Source: a virus (Duplodnaviria > Caudoviricetes). From it: a DNA stretch of 64,000 nucleotides. The notes beneath the pieces were generated by a model. It was given only the letters and a program-made list of their open reading frames with translations, made no database searches and was not told where the DNA came from. This document shows, piece after piece, positions 34,646 through 43,893 of the stretch. The translations under genes were made by a program, and so were the position numbers. The DNA lies in the IMG/VR virus record IMGVR_UViG_3300012347_000104, positions 8,513 to 72,512 of that record; one strand, 5' to 3'. The stretch's first letter is position 1. Each line of letters starts with the position of its first letter.

Positions 34646-36106
34646 TCATCTTTTCAGATTGTTGAGCATTGCTTTTAACTTACTGCCCTGGACATCTGCC
34701 ACTACTTTTTTCTCTAGAGGCTCTAGAATTTCCCCAGTATCGGGGTTAATAATATCAGTCGTGCTATTCAACGTAGACTGAGGTTTCAACTGACTCATAA
34801 TATCATTAGGACTCGGAGCCGGACGATACTTAGCTTGCTGTTCTGCATAACCATCAGGATCTTCATCAGTGATACGCATTGTGTCAATATTGTAGTCTAA
34901 GTCAATCTTTTGACCAACACCAGTAGAACTACGTGACTTCATACACTGCATTTGATACTTCCCACGCTCACGCATACTACGACTTGTGAAGATACCGAAC
35001 ACGTTATCCGCTGTGTTAATCTTTGAAATACCACCTGCGATATGACTATGGTCGAATTCAACTTCTTCAACGGCTGAACGATTCAACTGTGACGCTGTAA
35101 CTAACAATACACCTAGTTCTTTAGCTAAGTTACGCAATTCTTCTGAAACATACTTGTCTTTAATGAACTGGTCGTTAGGGTTAACTTTAACAGATACAGG
35201 CATAACCAAATCTAAGTAGTCAACCATCACAAAGTCAACTTTGATACCTGTTTGAATTTGAACTTCTTTCAAGTATGAACGAATGTCGTTAACGTTTGAT
35301 TGAGCAGGTAATGCTTTCACCCGATATTGACCTGACTTCTTGGCAAGCATCTTGACCTTCAAGTGAGCATCATCAATGCTTCTACGAATGTCTTTTGTAC
35401 CCATGCTAGTTGCCATCGCATCAGTACGCAACGATGTAAGTTCTTCTGAAAGTTCAAGCGTGATATAAACACCACTCATACCTGTACTCAACCAGTTCAA
35501 CGCTAAGTTCATCATAACAAGAGACTTACCTGAACCTGAGCCACCTGCAAAGATGTTCAATTCACCACGAGACATACCACCGTAAAGAATCTTATCCATT
35601 TGGGGCCAGCCTGTCGAGACCTGTCCACCTGCATTAAAGTACTTGTTGATACGTGCTTTAGGGTCAAAGAAGTAATCTGTACCCATGTCTTTCTGTAGAC
35701 TAATTTGCACAGCATCTTTGATTAGTTTTTCAACAGGATCAAAGTCGCCCTTCTCAAGCATATCAGCTGCCTTAAGAATAGCACGTTCAAGTTCTTGCCG
35801 CTTAGTAAAAGCCTCAAAGGCATCTAAGAACCACTCATTGTGACCTTCATTAAGTTCAGGAATAGATTCAATATCAATTCCTGTCATTGCTTTAATCTGA
35901 GTTGTATCAGGAAGTACCTTATACTTGTCAGTATGTTCTTTGAACAGTTCAGCCGCAGGTCTTAATGACTTGTCAAAATTCTCCGAATTCATAATGTTCA
36001 TCACACGAGTGTATAAACTCGCATCTGTTAACATCATGCGCAAAAATAATTTCTGTACGTCTGGTGTGTAGTCTAGTTGTTTTTTAGAATCCGTTTTGTT
36101 TGCCAA
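34646..36106 (-). CDS. gp41: Replicative DnaB-like helicase (T4 gp41 family)
   Basis: STGW...DK.L.GG..RGEL.IFAGGSGSGKS, YITLEL, VMVDYLDL, TASQLNR.A. Confidence 0.93.
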   Translation of the reverse strand: MANKTDSKKQLDYTPDVQKLFLRMMLTDASLYTRVMNIMNSENFDKSLRPAAELFKEHTDKYKVLPDTTQIKAMTGIDIESIPELNEGHNEWFLDAFEAFTKRQELERAILKAADMLEKGDFDPVEKLIKDAVQISLQKDMGTDYFFDPKARINKYFNAGGQVSTGWPQMDKILYGGMSRGELNIFAGGSGSGKSLVMMNLALNWLSTGMSGVYITLELSEELTSLRTDAMATSMGTKDIRRSIDDAHLKVKMLAKKSGQYRVKALPAQSNVNDIRSYLKEVQIQTGIKVDFVMVDYLDLVMPVSVKVNPNDQFIKDKYVSEELRNLAKELGVLLVTASQLNRSAVEEVEFDHSHIAGGISKINTADNVFGIFTSRSMRERGKYQMQCMKSRSSTGVGQKIDLDYNIDTMRITDEDPDGYAEQQAKYRPAPSPNDIMSQLKPQSTLNSTTDIINPDTGEILEPLEKKVVADVQGSKLKAMLNNLKR

Positions 36107-37070
36107 TCTTTTTCCTCTGCATTTCTAATTTTATTTTACTCATTGTAGCATTTTGTAGTATTGAAAGTACAGTAGCAAGTTTGCCGTACTTTACAACTGC
36201 ATCGTTTACGTCTTTGATGCTAGGTTCCCAGTTAGGTAAACTAACACTATACCCTAATTCTAATGCTCTATCAATCATCTTTAATCCCGTCTTATCGAAA
36301 TCGGGTACTACGATGATTCTTCTGTTTAGTTGTGCAAGCAACACCGCCTGTTCAGGGCTAATGTCATCATGCATAACTGCCACACCATCTATGCTAAGTG
36401 CGTCAAAGATTCCTTCGGTTACAATACATACCTGCCAATCTGGACTTTGTATATCAATGTTGAATACGTAGCCAGCTTGTTGGTCGTTAATATATTTTGG
36501 TATTTTTTTATCGAGGTATCTACTTGTGTTGCCGACAATCATATTGTTATAAGTGTACGGAACAATGACACGATTCTTATTTCTGCCGCCCATTGAATCA
36601 TCATGGGGTGTAACTAAGAATGGATATGACTCTATATCTATCTTGCGTCCTTGCAGATAATCTACGAATACTTTGTGTTCTGGGTTATTTTTATCTAAGA
36701 GTTCACCGTCTGGTAATTTCTTCTCAGCAAATGCAATACGCTCTCTGCGCTTTGGCTCGATGTAGTCGAGCAGGTCTTTGTGTTGTAGACTCTCAAGACT
36801 CCAACGTTGTACTTGTTCTTTGTCTACCCCACACCATTGTAGAAAGTCTCTAGTTTTGGGTGTTATTGACTTGCCTAATTGAAATCCACAACTGAATCTA
36901 CAATTGAAGCAGTGCATAATCCAATTAGTCTGTCCGTCAAACTTTATGCCGCCGCGACCTCTACGATCCGATTTGTGACCGCGATGACCGCAACAAACCG
37001 CATTGAAGCTAGTCCAACCGCTACTTGTGTTTTTCTTTTTACCGGGAATGATTGAAAGGATATCGAACAT
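36084..37070 (-). CDS. DNA primase (zinc-binding plus TOPRIM; gp61-like)
   Basis: N-terminal CC..H / HCFNC zinc motif; TEGIFDAL and PDFD..G...KDVND TOPRIM motifs; abuts the helicase. Confidence 0.85.
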   Translation of the reverse strand: MFDILSIIPGKKKNTSSGWTSFNAVCCGHRGHKSDRRGRGGIKFDGQTNWIMHCFNCRFSCGFQLGKSITPKTRDFLQWCGVDKEQVQRWSLESLQHKDLLDYIEPKRRERIAFAEKKLPDGELLDKNNPEHKVFVDYLQGRKIDIESYPFLVTPHDDSMGGRNKNRVIVPYTYNNMIVGNTSRYLDKKIPKYINDQQAGYVFNIDIQSPDWQVCIVTEGIFDALSIDGVAVMHDDISPEQAVLLAQLNRRIIVVPDFDKTGLKMIDRALELGYSVSLPNWEPSIKDVNDAVVKYGKLATVLSILQNATMSKIKLEMQRKKIGKQNGF

Positions 37071-37078
37071 GCTTTGCT

Positions 37079-37107
37079 ATTATAACAAAGTATGTATACG
37101 AAAGCAA
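37079..37107 (-). promoter_or_regulatory. Sigma70-type promoter for primase
   Basis: TTGCTT-N17-TATAAT. Confidence 0.75.
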
Positions 37108-37119
37108 TAGAGTTGGTAA

Positions 37120-37866
37120 TTATCTTACGACTAATTTATCCACAGTGCCCTGTGAACTAACGAATTCGACACGAACATATGGATGAAAACCTTCGATAGT
37201 GTAAACATCACCCTGTGTGCTTTCAATGTAAGAAGTTGAGCCACCTATGTTATACCAATCACCGTTAGGAACAGTGGAACCTTGGACCTGTGCAGTACCA
37301 CTGTAATCTGTCAAAAATGATTGGATAGTAAGAACCGGGTTGTATTCTGTATTGATAATATCGCTGTAGAACGTTACAGTATTATTATTTGGGGCAGTAT
37401 GTGATGGTACACCCATTTCCATCGATGGCACGTGAGCTGGTAGAATACTATTAGTAATTTCAATCGTACCTCTTGCGCCTGCATCTCCTGCAACAAATAC
37501 AGGTAAGTCAAATGAGTCTACTGGAATCTCTATAGAATAGACTGCTTTTTGGGCTTGCATGATATCAAGTTCAGATGATTGGACACGCAATTCCATCAAA
37601 CCGGTAAGTGGTAAAACAGGATGTAATGCTGATTGAAGCAATGTTACTGTTCCGGCGCTACTGATGATTCTACAAGTGATTTCCTTACCTGTTACGTCAA
37701 TTGGTTTTTGTTCTTGATTTAAGAACTGGAACTGTATTCTATTGTCAACTCCTTTGTGAAGTTTTAGATTCTTAGCGTACACGGTTTGGTATCTCCTTGG
37801 TGATGAGCCAGTAATCAACACAACGATTTGTCTTGGGATGTAAAAATAAACTGATGTTGAGTACAC
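37120..37866 (-). CDS. Putative virion structural protein (BppU-like N-terminal domain)
   Basis: KGVDNRIQFQFLNQEQKPIDVTG...G...L pattern; late-type motif upstream. Confidence 0.55.
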   Translation of the reverse strand: MYSTSVYFYIPRQIVVLITGSSPRRYQTVYAKNLKLHKGVDNRIQFQFLNQEQKPIDVTGKEITCRIISSAGTVTLLQSALHPVLPLTGLMELRVQSSELDIMQAQKAVYSIEIPVDSFDLPVFVAGDAGARGTIEITNSILPAHVPSMEMGVPSHTAPNNNTVTFYSDIINTEYNPVLTIQSFLTDYSGTAQVQGSTVPNGDWYNIGGSTSYIESTQGDVYTIEGFHPYVRVEFVSSQGTVDKLVVR

Positions 37867-37948
37867 TATATGGCTCCTTATACTCTATTTATGACAAATA
37901 AAATAATGGGTTTTGCCCGAAGATAAATATTCCTAGACGACAAAAATA

Positions 37949-38329
37949 ATGATTCACAACGAATTCTTCCAGAAACTAACCGAAAATCACCCGTTCATCA
38001 CGGTATGTTCTTACGCAGGACAGGACTATGTGGGGATTGTCCAAAACAGGGACGATATCGTTACCACTATATACGATTACGGCTCTATCATTGAGCATAA
38101 TATGCGTGAAAGATTTTTAGAACTAGGGGACATTTGGTGGTGGGAATCCAACAGATTAGTCCCCATTAATATGTTCTTAAAGGATGACTGGTCGATGTTC
38201 AAGCCATATCTAAGAACATTCAACAACAAGAGCCTAACAGTTATTCACGGACCTATATGTAGTATGCTTGAACTAAGCAAACGCAAGAGCAAAAGAAAAT
38301 CAATTACTCTCGTCAAGAGAATGTCCTAA
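37949..38329 (+). CDS. Hypothetical protein
   Basis: 126-aa plus-strand ORF with GATAAATA upstream; its 3' end overlaps dnaE fragment B by 30 nt. Confidence 0.8.
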   Translation: MIHNEFFQKLTENHPFITVCSYAGQDYVGIVQNRDDIVTTIYDYGSIIEHNMRERFLELGDIWWWESNRLVPINMFLKDDWSMFKPYLRTFNNKSLTVIHGPICSMLELSKRKSKRKSITLVKRMS

Positions 38330-38896
38330 TCCCTCAGCAAGTAGATTCATATGCACTACGACTAGATTTGCGTAGGCAATAGCATGACTTTTCTTAAAAC
38401 TGTATCCGTCATCATACTTCTCCCACACCGACTTAGCAACATCTTTCCAAGATAATCCAATCAAGTACTTCTTTGCAGGACGAATCGCTGCAAGAAACAT
38501 CGCAAGTCTGGGAATACTATCAATAGGTTCAGGCATCTTTTGCATACTGTTGTAGTGATTGCTCAAGTGAATCAACTTCTCAACAAAAGACCTATCGTTA
38601 AGTTTAGACCAATCAGGTTCTCTCATTAACTCAATTAAATGCTGTTCATCACGTACATGTGTGTAAACGTGAACATTCAACAAGTCTAACTTAAAATAGC
38701 CACGTGCTTCTGCGTCAGTGTAGTCGATATTAGCCATATTGTTTAGTGCATCATATGGCACATCAGTGATGTGTACACCTGTTGCATGTTTACGTATAGG
38801 CGTGACATTGCGCATCGCAGCAGGAATGTGCTTGATGTGTTCTAAGATAGCATCACGACTACCAAAGTCAATGTCAATATCTGATTGAAATTTCAT
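38300..38896 (-). CDS. dnaE: DNA polymerase III alpha (DnaE)-like fragment B, catalytic palm plus truncated fingers
   Basis: SDIDIDF (PDFDVDF), RKHATGVHI (HAAGVVI), GYFKLDLL (KFDFL), LAAIRP, YSFKKSHAIAYA (YGFNKSHSAAYA). Confidence 0.88.
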   Translation of the reverse strand: MKFQSDIDIDFGSRDAILEHIKHIPAAMRNVTPIRKHATGVHITDVPYDALNNMANIDYTDAEARGYFKLDLLNVHVYTHVRDEQHLIELMREPDWSKLNDRSFVEKLIHLSNHYNSMQKMPEPIDSIPRLAMFLAAIRPAKKYLIGLSWKDVAKSVWEKYDDGYSFKKSHAIAYANLVVVHMNLLAEGLGHSLDESN

Positions 38897-39453
38897 CGTG
38901 GCGCCATCAATCCTGCTTTAATCATTTTCATATATGCTTGTTGCACAACAATAGCTTGTCGTTCGGCATCCTCTACGGCTTTGTGACTAGTAACGTGTCC
39001 ACCGTCTTTAAGTTTAACCCCTGCAACTTCATATAAAGTTCGTGTATCTCGTACCGACCAGAAAGGCCAGGGTATAGGATTAGGTTTGTCAGATACTTGT
39101 CGCCATGCATGTTCCATAACAACACAGTCAAAACTTGCACCGTTACTCCATACTGCTCTACGATTCCAACAAAACTTGTACAATTTCTCCATACAATCTG
39201 CAAATGATTCCCTGCCCCAATCGCCCATTGCTTCTTCGATGGCTTCAGGAGATTGCTCACCCCACCAGCGTAGCGTATCATCGTTGATGGTTCTTCCATA
39301 CTTGTCTGTTTGGTCTTCAATTGTCGGGCGTAGTTCTAACCGTTCAACAACACCTGAACCCTTAGGGTCAAATCTCACTGCACCAATAGTTAGAATCACA
39401 CAATCAGGTGTTGTATTCAAACTCTCGATGTCAATCATAATATCATTTGCCAT
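38893..39453 (-). CDS. DEDDh 3'-5' exonuclease
   Basis: IMIDIESL..TPDCVILTIGAV, WSNGASFD, RDTRT, HKAVEDA. Confidence 0.88.
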   Translation of the reverse strand: MANDIMIDIESLNTTPDCVILTIGAVRFDPKGSGVVERLELRPTIEDQTDKYGRTINDDTLRWWGEQSPEAIEEAMGDWGRESFADCMEKLYKFCWNRRAVWSNGASFDCVVMEHAWRQVSDKPNPIPWPFWSVRDTRTLYEVAGVKLKDGGHVTSHKAVEDAERQAIVVQQAYMKMIKAGLMAPR

Positions 39454-39661
39454 TTTTGTTACTCGTATAAGGTTGTTCTATTCTAGGTAATCCGCAATCA
39501 GCACAGTTGCATCTAGCTACTGATGTGCCCATCCATTCATTGCGCTCAATCACTTCATAACTTGTCCATCGATGCCATCCTAAACGACACTTCCATGATT
39601 GTATAGGTTTAAGTCCTGCGACTGTTCGCCATGTGTTCTCTGCTGTGTTCATGTCTTCCAC
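39443..39661 (-). CDS. Small Cys/His zinc-ribbon protein
   Basis: WKCRLGWHRWT...CNCADCG. Confidence 0.7.
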   Translation of the reverse strand: MEDMNTAENTWRTVAGLKPIQSWKCRLGWHRWTSYEVIERNEWMGTSVARCNCADCGLPRIEQPYTSNKNGK

Positions 39662-39936
39662 ATTTCATACATAAATTTTAACTTGTCGTCCCATATCTCA
39701 ACATTGATAGTGCCAGCAGTGGTGTTCAGCATAAAGTCCCATCCTGAGCCACGGTCTCCCATGTTCGCTCGTAGCCATTTTACAATAGTTGCAGGATCTT
39801 CTTTCTTGAACCTAAAGTCATATATGTAGTATGTTCTACCACCCCAAGTAGACTTAGTATCCCTACACTCGGTGGTGTTTTTTGCCGGTAAGGGCACGTA
39901 TGTGCCTGTACTTCGTCCTAATGCTGAAATTGCCAT
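39649..39936 (-). CDS. LRW-family small protein (divergent)
   Basis: IVKWLRANMG...W; ends FMYEMWKT. Confidence 0.7.
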   Translation of the reverse strand: MAISALGRSTGTYVPLPAKNTTECRDTKSTWGGRTYYIYDFRFKKEDPATIVKWLRANMGDRGSGWDFMLNTTAGTINVEIWDDKLKFMYEMWKT

Positions 39937-39937
39937 G

Positions 39938-40156
39938 TTATAGATAAGTTAATGAAAACCATGTTGCTAACAATTCCGTATAGAATGTGAACACAGTATG
40001 TCTATTATACTCTAAATGACCATTAATGTAATCATGTTTGGGCGTAAAGTATTCAAAATCAAAGTCAACGCCCTGCACATACCCGCGATGGCGCAGCTCT
40101 TTAACTACGTCCAAAACTTCGCCGGATCTCCAATCAGGTACCGTAACTTTTTTCAT
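39938..40156 (-). CDS. LRW-family small protein (divergent)
   Basis: Ends FTFYTELLATWFSLTYL. Confidence 0.75.
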   Translation of the reverse strand: MKKVTVPDWRSGEVLDVVKELRHRGYVQGVDFDFEYFTPKHDYINGHLEYNRHTVFTFYTELLATWFSLTYL

Positions 40157-40407
40157 TGCGGGAACATCAACAAAAAGAAAGTTGCCATTCTTTCATCTTC
40201 TAGCGTTAGTTTCCAAACGCGGTGATGACTGGTGTATGACTCACCGTCACTCGTTTCTTTTATCACCTGCTCATTGTATTCTTTGGCAACCCAACCCTGA
40301 CCACCGATTGAGTTATGCAAGTAGTGCATACGTGGTCCGATATTCTTTGCGAGCCATTGTTCTTCTGAGCCGCGAAGGTGATGTTTAAGATTTATTGTTA
40401 TTCCCAT
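40153..40407 (-). CDS. LRW-family small protein
   Basis: EQWLAKNIG; ends DERMATFFLLMFPQ. Confidence 0.75.
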   Translation of the reverse strand: MGITINLKHHLRGSEEQWLAKNIGPRMHYLHNSIGGQGWVAKEYNEQVIKETSDGESYTSHHRVWKLTLEDERMATFFLLMFPQ

Positions 40408-40643
40408 CTCAATCTAAACAATGTTACGAACTCATCCTTACATAACATTATTTCTCCGAATTCAGTATTGTCTATCCAGTAGCTGTCTTCAATGTCTTCA
40501 CGATACCCACTAGGTCCGAAGTTTTTCTTGCACCATTTCTTAATCTCTTTGGCGTCAACTTCTCCTTGACCCTTCCATGAGACAGTATGGATGTTCCTTT
40601 TACTACCGTAGTAGTTTTCTTTTCTGAATGTAAACGAACTCAT
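40398..40643 (-). CDS. LRW-family small protein
   Basis: KKWCKKNFG; ends LFRLRWE. Confidence 0.8.
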   Translation of the reverse strand: MSSFTFRKENYYGSKRNIHTVSWKGQGEVDAKEIKKWCKKNFGPSGYREDIEDSYWIDNTEFGEIMLCKDEFVTLFRLRWE

Positions 40644-40873
40644 CCGAACCTCAACAAAAAGTTAATGTACTTTTCTTCGTCAATAATCTCAGCACCTAGT
40701 ACAACTACTGCATGTCCGTGTTGTCCGAATTCAACTTTTAACCCATGCTCTTGTTCACAAAACGTATCAAAGTGCTGGTCTTCTTCATCTAATGGAAGTG
40801 TTTCTCTCTTCCAGGTTCTGACTGCTTTTGTTATTGTTTGAATCAATTCCGGCGTTACTTCTACTGTACTCAT
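40640..40873 (-). CDS. LRW-family small protein
   Basis: TFCEQEHG; ends DEEKYINFLLRFG. Confidence 0.8.
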   Translation of the reverse strand: MSTVEVTPELIQTITKAVRTWKRETLPLDEEDQHFDTFCEQEHGLKVEFGQHGHAVVVLGAEIIDEEKYINFLLRFG

Positions 40874-40874
40874 A

Positions 40875-41135
40875 TTATTCCCATCTTAACACAAACCAAT
40901 TACGGTCTTTCTCTGTCCTAAACCAAAACTTTGCATTGTTTACATACCATCTGCTGTTCGGCGTCCATACACCATCTTCAGGTGTAGGACCGAATGTCTC
41001 AACACACCACTCGACCATTTTATTCCAAGTATCAACACCACCCCAATCTTGGTCTAAGTCCCATGAGGGAATAGGTTGTATAGTGTAATATCTAGCACCA
41101 TACACTCGGCCCTCTTCACATATTAAGCCTGTCAT
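40875..41135 (-). CDS. LRW-family small protein
   Basis: VEWCVETFG; ends FRTEKDRNWFVLRWE; start set at the ATGA overlap. Confidence 0.8.
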   Translation of the reverse strand: MTGLICEEGRVYGARYYTIQPIPSWDLDQDWGGVDTWNKMVEWCVETFGPTPEDGVWTPNSRWYVNNAKFWFRTEKDRNWFVLRWE

Positions 41136-41368
41136 ATCCAACGCCATATGAACCACTGATAGTCTTTCTCTCGTTGAAAGTAGTATGTGACCCCTTTACC
41201 CTCATGCACAATGTAGATTCTACTACGGATATTTTCTTGTAGATTATCCCATAGCCATTGCTCACGCTCTTGAACCTTCTCATCATCAACTTCAAAGCCG
41301 TGTTCATCTCCAACAGTCTTAAAGAAAGAACTGTAGGGCCATATCTCTTTTTTAAGTACTCTACTCAT
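41132..41368 (-). CDS. LRW-family small protein
   Basis: EQWLWDNL; ends FQREKDYQWFIWRWI. Confidence 0.8.
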   Translation of the reverse strand: MSRVLKKEIWPYSSFFKTVGDEHGFEVDDEKVQEREQWLWDNLQENIRSRIYIVHEGKGVTYYFQREKDYQWFIWRWI

Positions 41369-41670
41369 AGCCACCTCAAGCTGAACCACTCGGCGTGTTC
41401 TTTTTTCTTAAACATATATGTAGTACCAAAGTTACTCCAAATCTTCTTTTCCACGCCTATCGTGAAATTACACCATTCTTCAATCTCAACAGGATGCTTC
41501 ATGTCTTTGAATCGTTCAAGTCTCACTACGTACCAACCGTTCATTTTCATCATGTCAACCATAATTTCATTGTCAATTTCTTCTTGGATAATCTTTGCGT
41601 ATGCTGTTGCAATTGTATCTAAGTCGTTATCTCCGGCCTTCATTGTATAGTTGGCACTAAATTGTTTCAT
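41365..41670 (-). CDS. LRW-family small protein
   Basis: EEWCNFTIG; ends FKKKEHAEWFSLRWL. Confidence 0.8.
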   Translation of the reverse strand: MKQFSANYTMKAGDNDLDTIATAYAKIIQEEIDNEIMVDMMKMNGWYVVRLERFKDMKHPVEIEEWCNFTIGVEKKIWSNFGTTYMFKKKEHAEWFSLRWL

Positions 41671-42020
41671 GTCCATCTTAGTGTCATCCAAGTTAAAAAT
41701 TCTTCGTTCACCAAAAGTCTTACCATCGCATAATGACAGCCGTCTGTTTCTTCTGCATACTTCCACATGTGCGGGGGTTGAGTAAGCACCCATTGTTCAA
41801 CGATTGGGCTAACATCAATTGCTATGCAGTTATGTGAGTATAACACAGTTTCGTTTTGATTCTCAACAATTAGGTAAGGCTTGAACCCAACCATCCCGTT
41901 TTCTACTTTAAATGGGCTAAATGGGTCACCGGGCTTAGTAAACTTTTCAGTAGCTTGTTCTTGAACCTTGCCACCGAACACCTTTAGCATTCTGTTTATC
42001 TTTTCTAACATTAACTCCAC
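41667..42020 (-). CDS. LRW-family small protein
   Basis: VEQWV...W; ends EEFLTWMTLRWT. Confidence 0.75.
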   Translation of the reverse strand: MELMLEKINRMLKVFGGKVQEQATEKFTKPGDPFSPFKVENGMVGFKPYLIVENQNETVLYSHNCIAIDVSPIVEQWVLTQPPHMWKYAEETDGCHYAMVRLLVNEEFLTWMTLRWT

Positions 42021-42193
42021 CTCAACTTAAACCACATTGCATCTTTCTCGTCACTGAAAAAGTAATCTACTTTAGAATTATCAAAAGTGTTGTATCCATC
42101 CATGTGTATATCATTGCTAATATAACTCGGGCAATGTTCTTTAGCCCAATCAACTGGTGCCCATAATGGGGTGTATGGTATTGTAACTGTCAT
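42011..42193 (-). CDS. LRW-family small protein (minimal, about 60 aa)
   Basis: VDWAKEHCP; ends FSDEKDAMWFKLRWS. Confidence 0.8.
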   Translation of the reverse strand: MTVTIPYTPLWAPVDWAKEHCPSYISNDIHMDGYNTFDNSKVDYFFSDEKDAMWFKLRWS

Positions 42194-42438
42194 GACCATT
42201 TCAACACAAACCAAGAAAACTTCTTTTCATCGATGACATTGTATCCAACTATCTCGTTATGATAATCTGACAACAGTACCTCTACCCCGCATTTGGTTTC
42301 TAGAAAATGTAGGTAAGCATCTTCTTTGATTTGACCAGTGATAACTTTTGCTTCTGGTGGCAACTCAATAGGCTTTTTCAGAAATTCATTCTGCCCTTGT
42401 CTAACTACAATCTTTTTTACAAGTTCTAAATCCATCAT
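42190..42438 (-). CDS. LRW-family small protein
   Basis: FLETKCG; ends DEKKFSWFVLKWS. Confidence 0.8.
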   Translation of the reverse strand: MMDLELVKKIVVRQGQNEFLKKPIELPPEAKVITGQIKEDAYLHFLETKCGVEVLLSDYHNEIVGYNVIDEKKFSWFVLKWS

Positions 42439-42650
42439 GACCACCTCAATATGAAAAATGTTCTATCTGCTTCTGAGTTAAATGCCCAATGCTGTTCCGG
42501 GTTGTCACTAAAACTACCTTGCTTGTTCATTAACAAAGTCTTATAGTTCTGCACCATCCATGTCCAATAGGGTGTTTCAAAGTGATTGATATGGTCACGA
42601 AAGTATGTGTTTGAGTTTAACCAGTATGGTTCTTTCTCGCAGTAAACCAT
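42435..42650 (-). CDS. LRW-family small protein
   Basis: Ends FNSEADRTFFILRWS. Confidence 0.8.
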   Translation of the reverse strand: MVYCEKEPYWLNSNTYFRDHINHFETPYWTWMVQNYKTLLMNKQGSFSDNPEQHWAFNSEADRTFFILRWS

Positions 42651-42967
42651 TATCTACTCAATTCTTTTATCATGTTAAATTTACTAATAGCATCAAGTAC
42701 GGTATTCCAGGCATCAACTTCTGCTACACTCGGTAAATGGTCAGTGGAATCGTATGGATCATGAGCTGGTAGTTCTGACCAAAGACTAACCCTAAGACCA
42801 TGCGAATGGGTCGCACGTGATTCTCTCCAATCAGTATACTCGCTATCCCAATAATATACTCCGTAGCCCTCACTATCATCACCTAGTGATGGTTTCTTAT
42901 AAGCAAGGTAATAACCCTCTTTAGAAGGTCTATGGTCTTCTATATGGTACCAAATACTTGTAATCAT
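42650..42967 (-). CDS. DUF551-like protein
   Basis: WYHIEDHRPSKEGYYLAY...W...VSLWSELP resembles the W-I-x-V-x-E-R-L-P...THW-x-P-L-P pattern. Confidence 0.55.
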   Translation of the reverse strand: MITSIWYHIEDHRPSKEGYYLAYKKPSLGDDSEGYGVYYWDSEYTDWRESRATHSHGLRVSLWSELPAHDPYDSTDHLPSVAEVDAWNTVLDAISKFNMIKELSR

Positions 42968-43371
42968 GTCCACCTCAACAAAAACATCATATAGTCTTGT
43001 TCATTCATAAAAGCAAAGTAAACAAAGTCAATTCCGCCGATATCATTAAAAGTGTCTTCATATACTCTATGAATGTCCATGCGATACTTGAATCTACATT
43101 TACTTTCACACCAGTCACGCATATCTTCGTAACCAAATCTAATCCCACCGGGACCATAGTCATACACTACGCTGTAAGCATAACTAGTTTTTCTATCTGC
43201 TACATAGACATGTTTATATCCACAATAGTAGTCGCTAACTCTATTAGCTTGGTAATGAACATTAGAGTCACGGCAATGCCGGTAGACTCGCCAAGAACTA
43301 TAGCCACTCTTTTCTAGCTTGCGTTTGGCTTTCCAAACTCTATATCTAGCTTTTAATCTTAGTGCCATCAT
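42964..43371 (-). CDS. LRW-family protein with N-terminal extension
   Basis: MRDWCESKC; ends FMNEQDYMMFLLRWT. Confidence 0.8.
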   Translation of the reverse strand: MMALRLKARYRVWKAKRKLEKSGYSSWRVYRHCRDSNVHYQANRVSDYYCGYKHVYVADRKTSYAYSVVYDYGPGGIRFGYEDMRDWCESKCRFKYRMDIHRVYEDTFNDIGGIDFVYFAFMNEQDYMMFLLRWT

Positions 43372-43625
43372 AAGGACAATATATCAAATGCCGTAGCATA
43401 CTGTACTTCAGGTTCCATGTGAAAGCCCGAGCCCCATATTACCCAAACCTTACGCTTATATGCTTTTGTCCAAAACAAAGGAGCACCTGTAATGCTTCTA
43501 CGAGGCCAGATGACAAACGTTTCTTTCCATGGATAGCAATCTGCTCCATCAGTGATAATGTCTGTGCGTCCCATTTCTGCTCTATCTAAATTCCATCCTA
43601 GACTTCTAGTCCAATCAATTTTCAT
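43368..43625 (-). CDS. Hypothetical protein
   Basis: 85-aa Trp-rich ORF with ATGA overlaps; no LRW tail. Confidence 0.75.
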   Translation of the reverse strand: MKIDWTRSLGWNLDRAEMGRTDIITDGADCYPWKETFVIWPRRSITGAPLFWTKAYKRKVWVIWGSGFHMEPEVQYATAFDILSL

Positions 43626-43891
43626 ACTCTGTATGAGGCCATTGTTTTGTCTTCTAATATCTCACCTGCAAACGCATACATAAAAGCTAGATAAGCATCA
43701 CGCAATTCAAAATGAATCACATCACAGTTATCTTTGCGTCTAAATGCATGTTCGATGTGCCAGCGACTGAATGAACCTTTACCGGGATAATCTTCACACC
43801 ATGTAAACATTTCATTAGTAACCATAGCTACTTTAAACTGATAGATGAATGAGGGGTTTTGATTGCCGCCGCCGCCATAGAACTTTTCCAT
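43622..43891 (-). CDS. LRW-family small protein (divergent)
   Basis: MFTWCEDYP...W...FELRDAYLAFMYAF. Confidence 0.65.
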   Translation of the reverse strand: MEKFYGGGGNQNPSFIYQFKVAMVTNEMFTWCEDYPGKGSFSRWHIEHAFRRKDNCDVIHFELRDAYLAFMYAFAGEILEDKTMASYRV

Positions 43892-43893
43892 AG

